NCBI GenBank assembly: GCA_945897885.1
Contig: CAMDGU010000005.1
Location: forward strand, 9,105-73,104
Reading direction: 5' to 3'
DNA length: 64,000 nt
From: Chitinophaga pinensis
GTDB lineage: Bacteria > Bacteroidota > Bacteroidia > NS11-12g > UBA9320
The first letter of the stretch is position 1, and each line of letters opens with the position of its first letter. The notes beneath the pieces were generated by a model. It did no database searches. It saw nothing but the letters and a program-made list of their open reading frames with translations, and was not told where the DNA came from. Below, piece by piece: positions 27,191-39,242 of the stretch. The position numbers and the translations under genes are program-made.

Positions 27191-30070
27191 TTAGTTCATC
27201 TCAGCATAAGCCTCAATTGGCAAGCATGCACACACCAAATTTCTGTCACCATACGTATTATCCACTCGGGATACACTTGGCCAAAATTTATTAGTTTTGA
27301 TATAGGCTAATGGATAAGCAGCTTTTTCGCGGCTGTATGGCTTGTCCCAAGTATCGCTCATTACATTGGATGCCGTATGCGGTGCATTATGTATTACGTT
27401 ATTATCTTTTGGGTACATGCCATTTTCAATTTCCTTTATCTCATTGCGTATTTCAATTAAGGCATCACAAAAGCGATCTAACTCATACTGGCTTTCACTT
27501 TCGGTGGGTTCTATCATCATAGTACCACTTACAGGGAAAGAAACGGTTGGAGCATGGTAACCATAATCCATTAAACGCTTGGCAATATCTCCTGCTTCTA
27601 CCGCTGTAGTGGCTTTAAACACACGGGTGTCAATAATCATTTCGTGAGCCGCTGTACCATTATGACCATTGTAAAGTGAATCATAATGACCATTTAAACG
27701 TGATTGTATGTAATTTGCATTTAAAATAGCAGTTTCTGTAGCTTGTTTTAAGCCATCAGGGCCCATTAATTTTATATAGGCATACGATATTAATAATATT
27801 GAGGCACTTCCCCATGGAGCAGCCGAAATTGCATTAATTGCTTTTTCACCACCGGTTTTTATAATTGGATTTCCTGGTAAATAATCTACCAAATGGGCTG
27901 CAACACCAATAGGTCCCATTCCAGGGCCACCCCCACCATGAGGGATGCAAAAGGTTTTGTGTAAATTCAGATGACACACGTCAGCACCAATCATTCCCGG
28001 GCTGGTCAGTCCAACCTGAGCGTTCATATTAGCACCGTCCATATAAACCTGACCACCATTTTCATGGATGATATTGGTAATGTCTATGATTGTTTCTTCG
28101 TATATGCCATACGTTGAAGGGTAAGTTACCATTAAGCAAGCTAGGTTGTCTTTATTCGCTTCCGCCTTGGCTTTTAAGTCAGCTAAATCAATGTAACCAT
28201 TATCGGTACATTTAACTATTAATATTTTCATACCAGCCATTACAGCACTTGCAGGATTTGTTCCGTGAGCTGATTCAGGAATTAAAGCAATATTTCTATG
28301 GCCTTCTCCCCTGTCTTTAAAATATTCACGAATAACCATCAAACCTGCATACTCGCCTTGCGAACCTGCATTGGGTTGTAAACTCATATCGGCAAAGCCT
28401 GTTATTTCAGATAAGTCATTGCTCAATTCATTTAAAATATGGGCATAGCCTTTGGCTTGGTCAACCGGGCAAAACGGGTGCAATTGGTTAAATTCAGGCC
28501 AGGTAACAGGAATCATTTCTGTGGTTGCATTTAGTTTCATGGTGCAACTTCCCAAAGAAATCATACTGTGGCATAACGACAAATCTTTTGATTCCAACAA
28601 TTTAATATAGCGCAACATCTCATGCTCTGATTGGTAGGTATTAAAAACCGGGTGCAGCATGAAATTACTTTGTCTTTCAAAATTTGAACTAAAACCAGCA
28701 GAAGCGTTTTTGGCCAAATGGGCAATATCTTCGTAGCTATTATTTGCAGCACTTGAAAATATGTCGCAAATATTTTGAAGGTCCTTTAACCTGGTGGTTT
28801 CGTCGATGGAAATACCAACATAATTATCAAAATAACGGAAGTTAATTTCGGCTTTTAACGCCTTTTCCTGAATCGTTTTTTGCATATTGATATCAGCTTC
28901 AATACAAAGCGTATCAAAATAATCGGAATTTACTTGGTTATATCCGGCTAATTTTAAGGCATGGCTTAATAAATTTGCGGATGAATTAATACGCTTGGCA
29001 ATTTTCTTTAAGCCATCAGGTCCATGGTAAACTCCATACATTCCTGCCATTACAGCTAACAAAACCTGAGCTGTACAAATATTACTGGTTGCTTTGTCGC
29101 GTTTGATATGTTGCTCGCGGGTTTGCAATGCCATACGCAACGCTCTGTTACCATCAGCATCTATTGAAACACCAATTATTCGTCCGGGAATTTGACGTTT
29201 GTATTCATCACGAGTTGCAAAAAAAGCGGCATGAGGCCCGCCGTAGCCCATGGGTACACCAAAACGTTGACTATTACCAACAACACAGTCCGCCCCAAAT
29301 TCTCCCGGAGGGGTTAATAAAGTTAGCGACATTAAATCAGCCCCAACCGCCACTAAACCACGAGCGGCATGGACTTTATCACAAAATTCTTTATAGTCGT
29401 TTACGTTTCCTTTGTTATCCGGATATTGAACATAAGCACCAAAAAAATCACTGGTAAATTCGATGGTTTTAAAATCACCAATAACCAATTCAATGCCTAT
29501 TGGCTCTGAACGGGTTTTTAACACATCCAGTGTTTGAGGGAAAACATCCTGACTAACAAAAAATTTATTGCCATTTTCTTTTGGACTTAAACCATGGAAC
29601 ATATTCATTGCTTCGGCTGCTGCAGTTCCTTCATCCAATAAAGAAGCATTGGCAAGTGGCAAACCTGTAAGGTCTATCACCATGGTTTGAAAATTTAAAA
29701 GGGCTTCTAAACGTCCCTGAGCAATTTCAGCTTGATAAGGCGTGTAGGCTGTGTACCAACCCGGATTTTCCATGATATTTCGCAAAATAACACCCGGTGT
29801 AATAGTATTGTAATACCCTGTTCCTATATAAGTTTTATAAATTTTATTTAAGGAAGCAACCGCTTTTAAATCGTTTAAAAATTGGTATTCGGATACGGCA
29901 GGTGAAATATCCAAGGCATCCTTTAGTCGTATGTTTGCCGGGACGGTTTTGTTTATTAATTCATCAATAGAAGCACAGCCAATTGTTTCTAACATTTTGG
30001 CTCTTTCGGTGTTGGTAGGGCTGTTATGCCTTGCAGTAAATTTCTCGAATCCGTAAACTGAATTTTGCAT
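27191..30070 (-). CDS. gcvP: glycine dehydrogenase (decarboxylating), glycine cleavage P protein
   Basis: ~960 aa two-domain PLP enzyme; strong family-wide similarity. Confidence 0.95.
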   Translation of the reverse strand: MQNSVYGFEKFTARHNSPTNTERAKMLETIGCASIDELINKTVPANIRLKDALDISPAVSEYQFLNDLKAVASLNKIYKTYIGTGYYNTITPGVILRNIMENPGWYTAYTPYQAEIAQGRLEALLNFQTMVIDLTGLPLANASLLDEGTAAAEAMNMFHGLSPKENGNKFFVSQDVFPQTLDVLKTRSEPIGIELVIGDFKTIEFTSDFFGAYVQYPDNKGNVNDYKEFCDKVHAARGLVAVGADLMSLTLLTPPGEFGADCVVGNSQRFGVPMGYGGPHAAFFATRDEYKRQIPGRIIGVSIDADGNRALRMALQTREQHIKRDKATSNICTAQVLLAVMAGMYGVYHGPDGLKKIAKRINSSANLLSHALKLAGYNQVNSDYFDTLCIEADINMQKTIQEKALKAEINFRYFDNYVGISIDETTRLKDLQNICDIFSSAANNSYEDIAHLAKNASAGFSSNFERQSNFMLHPVFNTYQSEHEMLRYIKLLESKDLSLCHSMISLGSCTMKLNATTEMIPVTWPEFNQLHPFCPVDQAKGYAHILNELSNDLSEITGFADMSLQPNAGSQGEYAGLMVIREYFKDRGEGHRNIALIPESAHGTNPASAVMAGMKILIVKCTDNGYIDLADLKAKAEANKDNLACLMVTYPSTYGIYEETIIDITNIIHENGGQVYMDGANMNAQVGLTSPGMIGADVCHLNLHKTFCIPHGGGGPGMGPIGVAAHLVDYLPGNPIIKTGGEKAINAISAAPWGSASILLISYAYIKLMGPDGLKQATETAILNANYIQSRLNGHYDSLYNGHNGTAAHEMIIDTRVFKATTAVEAGDIAKRLMDYGYHAPTVSFPVSGTMMIEPTESESQYELDRFCDALIEIRNEIKEIENGMYPKDNNVIHNAPHTASNVMSDTWDKPYSREKAAYPLAYIKTNKFWPSVSRVDNTYGDRNLVCACLPIEAYAEMN

Positions 30071-30170
30071 ATTTGATTTTTTATAAAGTGCCGCGAATTT
30101 ACAATGAATTATCGGATTGATTAATCCAATAATTGGATAATTAATAAATTCATAAATGCTTTAAAAATAA

Positions 30171-33100
30171 TCAATGAGTTGATTCGCAAGTGCAGCCTGA
30201 ATGACTACTTCCATGCCAGTCAAACGAAGGTGAATAACCCACTTGTTCCCAGTAAAATAGTCCTCTGGATTTAGTATAATTTCCTACTTCGTTCATAGTT
30301 TCTGTATTATACAATCTGCCGTTAATCATGGTAAAAGCCACCGTGTTCGAGTTTTTAATATCTTCCAATGGGTTTTTATCCAAAATAATTAAGTCTGCTA
30401 TTTTTCCAACTTCTAATGAGCCTATTTGAGAATCCATTCCTAAATAGTTAGCACCATTCATGGTAGCTGCTCTAAGGGCTTCCATATTGGTCATACCGCC
30501 TTGGGCAAGCATCCAAAGTTCCCAATGAACCCCAATTCCCTGAATTTGTCCATGAGCACCCAAGTTAACTTTAACACCTGCATCAGTCAGTTTTTTACAG
30601 CTTTTTGAAACCAAAATATGGCCGTTATCATACTCAGCCATTGGCACCATCGTGCGGTGGCGTGAACGTGAATCGATAATACTTCTTGGTGTATATTTTA
30701 AAAGCTTTTTATCTTCCCATACGTTGGTGGTTTGGTACCAAAAGTACTCTCCGTTCAATCCACCATAATTAACAATAAGTGTTGGTGTATAACCCGTTTT
30801 GCTGGCAGCCCAAAGTTGGGTAACATCTTTATGAAGTGTTGCTATTGGCAAGTTGTGTTCAATCCCGGTATGCCCGTCCATGATCATCGATAAATTATGA
30901 TAAAACGTAGAACCTCCTTCAGGTACTACTTCAATATTCATTTCTTCAGCGGCTTTTATTATCTGTTGTCTTTGCTCGCGTCGCGGTTGGTTGTAGCTTT
31001 TAACAGAAAAAGCTCCAAATGCCTTTGTTCGACGAATGGCGGAACGTGCATCTTCCAGATTATTTACCACAGCTTTAAAATCTCCTTCGGCCCCATATAA
31101 AATAACGCCGGTTGAAAAAATTCGCGGGCCTATCATGTTTCCTGCCTTCACCATTTCGGATTGTGAAAATACCATTTCGGTATTGGAAGATGGATCGTGA
31201 GTTGTTGTAACACCATAGGCAAGGTTTGTATAATACTGCCAGTGTTTTTGTGGACTAAGGCCATATCTGAATTGCCCTAAATGGGCATGAACATCTATCA
31301 ATCCCGGCATAATTGTTTTGCCTTTTACATCCATCACTTTGGCATCTGAAGGAATAACGACAGAACCCGATTCACCAAGAGCTATTATTTTATTTCCTTC
31401 GATTACTATCGTTCCATTTTCTATAACTTTATTACCGCTCATGGTAATTATTCTGGCTCCTGTAAAGGCCAGCTTTCCTTTGGGTTTATCAGCAGGAAGT
31501 ACCAAATTTATTCTAAGTCCGGTGGTGTCTATGGCTGGCAAACTATCAGGAGCATTATCCAAAAATAAAAAGCGTTTGTTCAATTCTGTGCTAAAATATT
31601 CATCTCCCAAAGTCCAGTTCAGTTTTTTGCTATCGCCCGACCATTGCAAACTAATTCCTGCATCTCGTGAAACCTGACTCACGGGAACATTAGTTGATTT
31701 TCCATCTACCTCAATGACTTGCCCTGTCATTGGCATGGCGGCTATGTATACTTTGTAAAGGTTTGTAAAAGCCACCCATTTGTCATCAGGACTGGGTATA
31801 ATGCGATGGGCATATTTTGATTTTACGATTTCCCGTGGTTCTTTCCCATCCAGTTTTACTGACATCAGTGTTTTGGTTAATGCCCCAAAAAGGTTTCCTC
31901 CTGTTTGGTAATAAATACGGGTTCCGTCATTATTAAAGGTTGGATATTCTCCATCCTTGGTAATTAGTGTGGAAGTGGATTTTTTTGAAGCTTTTACTTC
32001 CAATAAATAAATTCCGGGTTGTAAAGTATTCACAAACCCCTGATGGTCGTTGCCTTCTTCTTTTCTGTAAACAATGGTATTGATGTCTTTGCCCGAAAAC
32101 GAAGGTTCACGGTAAATGGTTTTTTCGGTGGTTAACTTCTCCGGTTTACTTTTAGGAGTTACCATATCCAAGAGGCAAATAGCTCCCATTGCGCTATCAT
32201 TCCAGGTTACATAAACCAAGTATTTTCCATCCTTTGAAAAGGATGGTTCAAATTCCAAATCGTTACCATTGGTAAGTCTTGTAGGTTTTCCGTTGGGAAG
32301 CGATTTTTTCCATAAATACCCTGCCGCATTAAACACTAAGTTTGTCCCATCGGGTGAAGTCACTGCCTGGCGAACGGCCCTGCTGGTAAAAGAATCAGGC
32401 GCAGCATCATTCTTAAATTTTAAAGCATTTACTATGATATGGTTGGCGGTGGCTTTAAACGGAATATCAGAAACAGCCAGTGTTTGAACATTTATTTTTC
32501 TAATTTTTCCTTCTGCCCAAATGATGATGTATTGGTCATCCGGCGTCCAGTTATATCCGGTGTAAGGTCCAAAAATTGCCCACGCTTCCTGTTGGTCTTT
32601 GCTTAGCTGGTCGTAAATAGGCCATTCTTTTCCGGTAGAAAGTTCATGTAAATAAAGCACTGATTTTTCTCTTACACGTTTAACAAACGCCATAACATCA
32701 CCTTTATGTGAAGTAATCGGACGAATAGCACCACCGGGGCCACCGGTAACCATCTCGGTTTCTCCATTTTCTAAATTGTAACGGTTGATGGCATAAATTT
32801 GGCTGTTTGGGTCTTTATTGTATTGAAAATATCCTCCGGGATACACGTCTTCGCTGTAGTAAACGAATTTACCATCCGGAGAAGCCCAGGGTTCTCCAAC
32901 ATCTTGTTGGTCGTTTTTACGTTTGGTTAATTGAATTCCGGCACCACCAGTTTTGTGGTACATCCAAATTTCGCCGGCACCCAACGAACGCCCTGAGCTA
33001 AAATGTTTTTTACAAATAATGTAATTGCCATCCACACTCCATACGGCATTATTCACCAATCTAAAATCTTCTTTGGTTATTTGTTTGGCATCCGAACCAT

Positions 33101-33485
33101 CGGTATTCATGGTCCATATATTATCCCCGCCACCGGCATCGGACGTAAAGCTTATCTTTTTTCCATCAGGGCTGTATCGAGGCTGCGCTTCAAATGCATG
33201 GCCGCCGCGAATGAGCTTGGCTTCTCCCCCATTTATTGGTAAGGTGTAAATATCGCCCAACATATCAAACACAATTTGCTTTCCATCCGGACTCACATCC
33301 AAACTCATCCAGGTGCCTTCATCCGAAGTTATTGTTATAGTTGTATAAGCCGATTCAGGGGTGGAAACATCCCAGCCTTTCTTTTTGTCTTTGGTTTGGG
33401 AAAAGGAAGAGTTGGCGATAAGGATTGCCAATAATGTGAGTAGGGTATTTTTCATTGGGGATTTTAAAAATTTTTTTGCAAACAT
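30171..33485 (-). CDS. secreted amidohydrolase with N-terminal TolB-like (PD40/WD40-like) beta-propeller repeats
   Basis: Signal peptide; repeated PD40-like blocks (SPDG.., YSPDGK); C-terminal metal-dependent amidohydrolase region (PGLIDVHAH... HTGIEHN). Confidence 0.7.
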   Translation of the reverse strand: MFAKKFLKSPMKNTLLTLLAILIANSSFSQTKDKKKGWDVSTPESAYTTITITSDEGTWMSLDVSPDGKQIVFDMLGDIYTLPINGGEAKLIRGGHAFEAQPRYSPDGKKISFTSDAGGGDNIWTMNTDGSDAKQITKEDFRLVNNAVWSVDGNYIICKKHFSSGRSLGAGEIWMYHKTGGAGIQLTKRKNDQQDVGEPWASPDGKFVYYSEDVYPGGYFQYNKDPNSQIYAINRYNLENGETEMVTGGPGGAIRPITSHKGDVMAFVKRVREKSVLYLHELSTGKEWPIYDQLSKDQQEAWAIFGPYTGYNWTPDDQYIIIWAEGKIRKINVQTLAVSDIPFKATANHIIVNALKFKNDAAPDSFTSRAVRQAVTSPDGTNLVFNAAGYLWKKSLPNGKPTRLTNGNDLEFEPSFSKDGKYLVYVTWNDSAMGAICLLDMVTPKSKPEKLTTEKTIYREPSFSGKDINTIVYRKEEGNDHQGFVNTLQPGIYLLEVKASKKSTSTLITKDGEYPTFNNDGTRIYYQTGGNLFGALTKTLMSVKLDGKEPREIVKSKYAHRIIPSPDDKWVAFTNLYKVYIAAMPMTGQVIEVDGKSTNVPVSQVSRDAGISLQWSGDSKKLNWTLGDEYFSTELNKRFLFLDNAPDSLPAIDTTGLRINLVLPADKPKGKLAFTGARIITMSGNKVIENGTIVIEGNKIIALGESGSVVIPSDAKVMDVKGKTIMPGLIDVHAHLGQFRYGLSPQKHWQYYTNLAYGVTTTHDPSSNTEMVFSQSEMVKAGNMIGPRIFSTGVILYGAEGDFKAVVNNLEDARSAIRRTKAFGAFSVKSYNQPRREQRQQIIKAAEEMNIEVVPEGGSTFYHNLSMIMDGHTGIEHNLPIATLHKDVTQLWAASKTGYTPTLIVNYGGLNGEYFWYQTTNVWEDKKLLKYTPRSIIDSRSRHRTMVPMAEYDNGHILVSKSCKKLTDAGVKVNLGAHGQIQGIGVHWELWMLAQGGMTNMEALRAATMNGANYLGMDSQIGSLEVGKIADLIILDKNPLEDIKNSNTVAFTMINGRLYNTETMNEVGNYTKSRGLFYWEQVGYSPSFDWHGSSHSGCTCESTH

Positions 33486-33522
33486 AAGATGAATAAGTGT
33501 TTTTTTAATTTGAAAGACTATG

Positions 33523-34326
33523 CTATTCTTCTAAAGTCCTTTTCTCTTTAGTAATAGAAAGTTCTGCACGTTTATTTATATTTTTCAAATAAGTTATTAG
33601 CCTGTTCATTATAGAAGGTGGCAACATTGAACCAAGATATTTTCTTTCCCCATTGAAATAAAAAATAAATGACATGTAAGATCCACCAGTAGAGATGATT
33701 TTATCAAATCTTAAAGTTTTTAAATTGCAGGTTTTTATTAAAAGAATTAATTCATTGTAAAGCGTGTCATTCAGTCTTCCGATATATTTTCCAGACTTGA
33801 ATGTATCACTATAATTAAAATAGTTTTCTGCGACATAATTAATATAAATATTTTGACTACTATCAATTTCTAAGTCAATAACTGGGCAATATCCAGAACA
33901 TTCAGAAGCATGATATATTATTTTTTCAAAGTGGATAGTTTTGTCAATGGAATATTCTTGTCTTGTAAATTTTAATGATTTTCTATTTTGAAAGAATGTT
34001 TTAGATAATTCTGAAACAGGTTGTACAATTAAATCAGTATCATTATTTGAAAGAATTATAAGGTCATACCTGTCAACTATTAATTTTGCGTCTTTATCCA
34101 TTGATTCATAATACCTTTTTTGAAAACTCAAAGTATCACCATAAATGGAAAGATTAACTATCCTATTCTCCAATAATTGATTTACGACGTCATTGCTATT
34201 TTCAGCCGTATCTTCAATCAATATTAAATCTTGTTTTGGTGTTATCCAAGTTCCTTTAATATCACCTGACTGCCCAAAGGATGGTATCCAAATTAATAAA
34301 AGCAATATTGATCCTAATTTTTCCAT
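33523..34326 (-). CDS. hypothetical secreted protein
   Basis: Signal peptide; no motif recognised. Confidence 0.35.
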   Translation of the reverse strand: MEKLGSILLLLIWIPSFGQSGDIKGTWITPKQDLILIEDTAENSNDVVNQLLENRIVNLSIYGDTLSFQKRYYESMDKDAKLIVDRYDLIILSNNDTDLIVQPVSELSKTFFQNRKSLKFTRQEYSIDKTIHFEKIIYHASECSGYCPVIDLEIDSSQNIYINYVAENYFNYSDTFKSGKYIGRLNDTLYNELILLIKTCNLKTLRFDKIISTGGSYMSFIFYFNGERKYLGSMLPPSIMNRLITYLKNINKRAELSITKEKRTLEE

Positions 34327-34363
34327 TATTATTTCTTAATCCTCTTTTCAATCCTCGCCTTGG

Positions 34364-34891
34364 TCATTCTCTCCCATTCACCATCTCACTAATCTCCGCC
34401 ATGGCTTCATTAAAATCAAGCATATCTTCAACCTTATAAGAAATAGCCGAAACCTGAAATTTACAGGAAGGGTTTTGAGTTTCAAAAATATAATAGTCAT
34501 CGCCTCCGATAATGCCCAGTTTAAAGACAGCAATTTCTGAAACATTGAAACTAAAATCTTTAGGAGCCAAAATATTATCGCGATTAAATACTAAACTTAT
34601 TTCTTTTTGGCGAATGCAAAACATAGCCTTAGGATAAGCATTTAATGCTAGCCAAAGGCTAAAACCAAGAAAGGAATAAATTAGTACCCATACTTCCCAT
34701 TCTTCCAAGGATCTAAAATTAGTCATTATAAAAATAAAAGGTATAATTAAGAAACAAGGTAGTAAAATGGCAAGAACTACTTTGTAAACATGGCCATAGC
34801 GAACCGGAAATTCTTTAACCATTGTTATTTCAACGTGGTATGCATTATTAATCAGGCATTTTATTTTAACCGGCAGCCGTTTCGGCCTCAC
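34364..34891 (-). CDS. hypothetical membrane protein
   Basis: Two predicted TM helices; overlaps the fabD 3' end by 26 bp, so the start is probably an internal Met. Confidence 0.3.
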   Translation of the reverse strand: MRPKRLPVKIKCLINNAYHVEITMVKEFPVRYGHVYKVVLAILLPCFLIIPFIFIMTNFRSLEEWEVWVLIYSFLGFSLWLALNAYPKAMFCIRQKEISLVFNRDNILAPKDFSFNVSEIAVFKLGIIGGDDYYIFETQNPSCKFQVSAISYKVEDMLDFNEAMAEISEMVNGRE

Positions 34892-35741
34892 GATGTATCT
34901 TTTTTACCAGCCCCTGCAACACATTGCCAGGGCCTACTTCAGTAAATAAAGTGGCACCATCGGCTACCATTTGCAAGATACTTTTGGTCCATTTTACTGG
35001 CGCGGTTAATTGTTTTATAAGATTTTTTTGAATTTCGGATGGGTCGGTAACTGCGGTAGTTGTCACATTTTGGTACACGGGGCAAATAGGTGTTTTAAAC
35101 TCGGTAGCAGCAATTGCAGCTTCCAGTTCGATTCGGGCAGGTTCCATTAACGGCGAATGAAATGCACCACCAACAGGCAGCAACAAAGCTCGCTTGGCTC
35201 CAGCTTCTTTTAGTTTTTCACAAGCTATATTTACTCCATTTATACTTCCAGAAATAACCAACTGGCCAGGGCAGTTGTAATTGGCAGCTACAACAATTTC
35301 ATTGGTTATGGAGGCACAAATTTCTTCTACTTTAGCATCTTCCAAACCCAATACGGCCGCCATAGTTGAAGGATTTAATTCACACGCTTTTTGCATGGCC
35401 ATAGCTCTTTTATATACTAATTGTAACCCATCTGAAAAATTTAAGGAACCATTGGCTACCAAGGCTGAAAACTCTCCCAAAGAATGACCGGCAACCATTT
35501 CAGGTTTAAAATTTTCGATGCAAATGGCCTTAATTACAGAATGTAAAAAAACCGCAGGCTGAGTAATTCTTGTGGCCCGCAACCCTTCATCGGTTCCACC
35601 AAACATTTCGTCACTTATTCTGAAACCCAATATTTCATTGGCTTGCTCAAAAAGCTCTTTGGCTTTGTTATTGCTTTCGTACAGGTCTTTGCCCATACCT
35701 ACAAACTGAGAACCTTGTCCGGGGAAAATATATGCCTTCAT
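34866..35741 (-). CDS. fabD: ACP S-malonyltransferase
   Basis: IFPGQGSQ and GHSLGEFSAL active-site motifs. Confidence 0.9.
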   Translation of the reverse strand: MKAYIFPGQGSQFVGMGKDLYESNNKAKELFEQANEILGFRISDEMFGGTDEGLRATRITQPAVFLHSVIKAICIENFKPEMVAGHSLGEFSALVANGSLNFSDGLQLVYKRAMAMQKACELNPSTMAAVLGLEDAKVEEICASITNEIVVAANYNCPGQLVISGSINGVNIACEKLKEAGAKRALLLPVGGAFHSPLMEPARIELEAAIAATEFKTPICPVYQNVTTTAVTDPSEIQKNLIKQLTAPVKWTKSILQMVADGATLFTEVGPGNVLQGLVKKIHREAETAAG

Positions 35742-35842
35742 ATTAAAAATGTTAGAGTATTATATTATGAGGCAATATTAGTAGATGTAAAATAAAGATG
35801 CAGAGATTTCTTTCAACGCTTTATTCTCAATGGTATTTTTAT

Positions 35843-36619
35843 TTATTTAAATGATTTAAAACCAAATAATTTAGCCATGTTGTCAGCTATTAGAACACTG
35901 TTATCATTGGGCGAATGTATCAAGTCATTGGTTTTAATATCAATTTGGTTTACCGAATTAAAAAGCTTCAATAAATTTGCTGAAATAGTTAAAGTATTTT
36001 CCTGATTAAGGTAATAGGGTTTATCAAATACCACTCTTACTTTTCTTGAATTGGTATAAGGTTTTGTGTATCCTCCTATATGATAAATTAAAGCGGAATT
36101 GGGAGCCTGAGGTGAAAGAGCTTCAAACTTAAAATTAATGTATCCCTGAATCATTCCCCAATACATAGGGGCTATAAATAAACTGTTTAAAGAACCCAAA
36201 GAATTAGTTAGTGAATCTGATACTCCCAAAGTAAACTCAAGCGATGTGATATAATATTTTACACCCTCTTTTGGAGCAGTAAAGGAAATATTGGATGGTA
36301 AAACTTTTTTGTCACCATAATCTATCATGTAATAGGTTTGATCGGCGTGTATTTTTATGCTGTCCTGTGTGTGAAGGCTAAGATGATTGATGTGATAAAT
36401 AAGCGTTGTTGGTATAATTGTATCAATTCTTGAATCATGGTTCCAATAGTATGACTTATTCAAATTCAAGTTACTATCGTTCCATTCATGGCTTATTTGC
36501 AATTCTACCATAGGTTTAAATGGCTTGGGATCATCATCCTTGCAGCCAGAAAACAGGGTAATCGAAATAGCAAATAATAAAAGTAGTGAGTTGAAAATTT
36601 TCATAATTATAAGACGCAA
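35843..36619 (-). CDS. hypothetical lipoprotein
   Basis: Lipobox LFSGC; no recognisable catalytic motif. Confidence 0.4.
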   Translation of the reverse strand: MRLIIMKIFNSLLLLFAISITLFSGCKDDDPKPFKPMVELQISHEWNDSNLNLNKSYYWNHDSRIDTIIPTTLIYHINHLSLHTQDSIKIHADQTYYMIDYGDKKVLPSNISFTAPKEGVKYYITSLEFTLGVSDSLTNSLGSLNSLFIAPMYWGMIQGYINFKFEALSPQAPNSALIYHIGGYTKPYTNSRKVRVVFDKPYYLNQENTLTISANLLKLFNSVNQIDIKTNDLIHSPNDNSVLIADNMAKLFGFKSFK

Positions 36620-36682
36620 AGTAAATTATATTAGCTGCATTAAAAAAGAACGCTTTACCTTTAGATTTGTTCTAATAAATCA

Positions 36683-38144
36683 GATGCAGAAAAAACAAGC
36701 AATAATAATTGGTTCAGGTATTGGCGGTATTGCCCTTTCTATCCGTTTGGCAGTTAAAGGATTTGAAGTAAAAGTTTATGAAAAAAATAGTTATCCGGGA
36801 GGTAAACTTACGGAAATAAATCTTGGTCCTTATAGATTTGATGCAGGCCCATCGCTTTTTACAATGCCGCAATATGTGGATGAATTATTTGAACTTACCG
36901 GAGCAAAACCTGTAGAATATTTCAGATATACAAAACTGTCAGAGGTTTGTAATTATTTTTATGAGGATGGAACAATCCTCAAAATAGTGGATGATAACGA
37001 AAAAAATGATGAAATATTCAGTTCTGTTTTAGGTGAAAAGCCGGGCTTTTTTCTCAAATTTTTAGAAAAAAGTGAGCTCATTTATAAAATTACAAACCAT
37101 GTGTTTTTACAAAAATCATTACACAGAATAAAAACATATCTCAACAAAAAAACTATAATTAGTTTTATAAACATTGGAAAAATAGGGATTTTTAAATCTA
37201 TGAATTTTGCCAATGAAACGTTTTTTAAAAATCCAAAAAGTGTTCAATTTTTTAACAGATATGCTACGTATAATGGTTCAAACCCATACGAAGCCCCCTC
37301 TACTTTAAATATCATTCCGCATTTTGAATTTGGGTTTGGAACCTTTTTTCCTGAAGGTGGCATGATTGCTATAACTAATTCACTCGTTAATTTGGCTCAA
37401 AAACATGGCGTTAAATTTTCATTTAACGCTCCTGTTGAAAAAATAATAATTGAAAACAATATAGCTAAAGGTGTTATTATTAAAGGTGAGAAAATCTTAT
37501 GTGATGCCGTCATTTCTAATCAGGATGTAACAAATACTTACAGGTACTTGCTCAGTAATTCTAACCGACCTTTTTTAAAAAATGAGCCCTCTAGTTCGGC
37601 TATTATATTTTATTGGGGAATTAAAAGAGAGTATAAGGAACTTGGACTTCATAATATTTTATTTAGTGAAAATTATGAAAATGAATTTGAACAGATTTTT
37701 AAAAATAAAACAGTGGGAAATGACCCGACACTTTATGTAAATATTACTGCAAAACTAAACAAATCTGATGCTCCAAAGGAATGCGAGAACTGGTTTGTGA
37801 TGGTAAATGTGCCGCATGATTCCGGTCAAAATTGGGATATACTAATTGAAAAAACTAAGGCTTCTGTTATATCCAAAATAAATCGCATCCTTAAAACTAA
37901 TATAGAAAACTTTATTGAAGTTGAATCCGTTCTTGACCCAATAAGTATTGAGTCCAAAACCGGTTCATTTGCCGGTGCTCTTTATGGATCTTCCTCCAAC
38001 AAAAAAATGGCAGCATTTTTTCGCCATTCTAATTTTAGCAAAACCTTTAAAGGTTTATATTTTACAGGTGGTAGCGTTCATCCTGGTGGTGGCATACCAC
38101 TTTGCTTATTATCAGCCAAAATCACCTCAGAACTTATTAAATGA
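36683..38144 (+). CDS. crtI: phytoene desaturase
   Basis: FAD dinucleotide-binding motif IIGSGIGGIALSIRL at the adjusted start; ~487 aa; sits in a carotenoid cluster; the track N-extension from 36525 overlaps the upstream gene and is rejected. Confidence 0.8.
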
Positions 38145-38797
38145 AAGGATTAAACTTTTTAAACAAATATACAGTTACAGCAATCGTATTCACAGTTGGA
38201 CTAATTGGTTTGTCCATTTCTGCCAGCAGACCATTGTTTATACAATTGGTTCCAATAAACTTTTTGTTTCTCATTTTTATGTTCATCTCTTCCCTAAAAA
38301 AATGGACATTTCAATTCTTTGTATTAATCGCAACTGTTTTTGTTGCTGGATTTTTAGTAGAAGTATTAGGAACTAAAAAAGGATTCATCTTTGGGAATTA
38401 TTTCTATGGCAACACACTGGGGTTTAAAATTTGGGATGTACCTTTGGTGATGGGAATAAATTGGATTATCGTATTGTTCGGGGCCATTTATTGGGCAAAT
38501 TATATTTTAAAGAATTTGATTTTTAATGCCTTTTGGAGAAAATTTTTGGTAATACTTTTGTCATCATTATTAATGACTGGATTAGATTTTTTTATTGAAC
38601 CCATTGCTATATCGCTTGATTTTTGGCACTGGGAGGATAATATTATACCATTAAGAAATTATTTGGGATGGCTTGCAATTTCTATTTTGTTTAATATCTT
38701 TGTACAAACATTAAACAAAGTGAAAATCGATTTTTTTTCAGGCTATCTTTTCCTAGTTCAGCTAATTTTCTTTTTAATTTTAAATCTAACACTTTAA
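38141..38797 (+). CDS. lycopene cyclase domain-containing membrane protein (CrtY c/d type)
   Basis: Polytopic membrane protein of ~218 aa placed between crtI and crtZ. Confidence 0.6.
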   Translation: MKGLNFLNKYTVTAIVFTVGLIGLSISASRPLFIQLVPINFLFLIFMFISSLKKWTFQFFVLIATVFVAGFLVEVLGTKKGFIFGNYFYGNTLGFKIWDVPLVMGINWIIVLFGAIYWANYILKNLIFNAFWRKFLVILLSSLLMTGLDFFIEPIAISLDFWHWEDNIIPLRNYLGWLAISILFNIFVQTLNKVKIDFFSGYLFLVQLIFFLILNLTL

Positions 38798-39241
38798 ATG
38801 ATTATAGCAATAAATGTAGTTTTGGTGATAGCCGCTTTTTGTTTTATGGAAGGTGTTGCGTGGTTTACACATAAATATGTAATGCACGGATTTTTATGGC
38901 GTTGGCACAAAAGCCACCATGAACCTCGCTATGGTATTTTTGAGTTAAACGATTTGTTCTCAGTTATATTTGGAACAGTTGGGGCCGGATTAATTATCTT
39001 AGGAGCAGAATTATTTGATTACCGTTTCTTTTTGGGCTTGGGAATTTCATTGTATGGTATGGCCTATTTTGCAGTTCATGATGTCTTTATACATCAACGG
39101 GTGAAACTGCTAAGAAACACACGCTACGCCTATTTTAAAGCTATGAGAAAAGCTCATAAAATACACCACAAACGCCAAAGTAAAGAACAAGGAGAAGCGT
39201 TTGGATTTTTATATGTACCACCCAAATACAGAGATATATAA
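38798..39241 (+). CDS. crtZ: beta-carotene hydroxylase
   Basis: His boxes HKSHHEP, HDVFIHQR, HKIHH of the fatty-acid hydroxylase / CrtZ family. Confidence 0.75.
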   Translation: MIIAINVVLVIAAFCFMEGVAWFTHKYVMHGFLWRWHKSHHEPRYGIFELNDLFSVIFGTVGAGLIILGAELFDYRFFLGLGISLYGMAYFAVHDVFIHQRVKLLRNTRYAYFKAMRKAHKIHHKRQSKEQGEAFGFLYVPPKYRDI

Positions 39242-39242
39242 C

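Noticed and set aside
36525-36682. N-terminal extension of crtI in the ORF track
   Set aside because: It overlaps the upstream lipoprotein gene on the opposite strand. The FAD-binding motif begins right after the Met at 36683, so the real start is at 36683.
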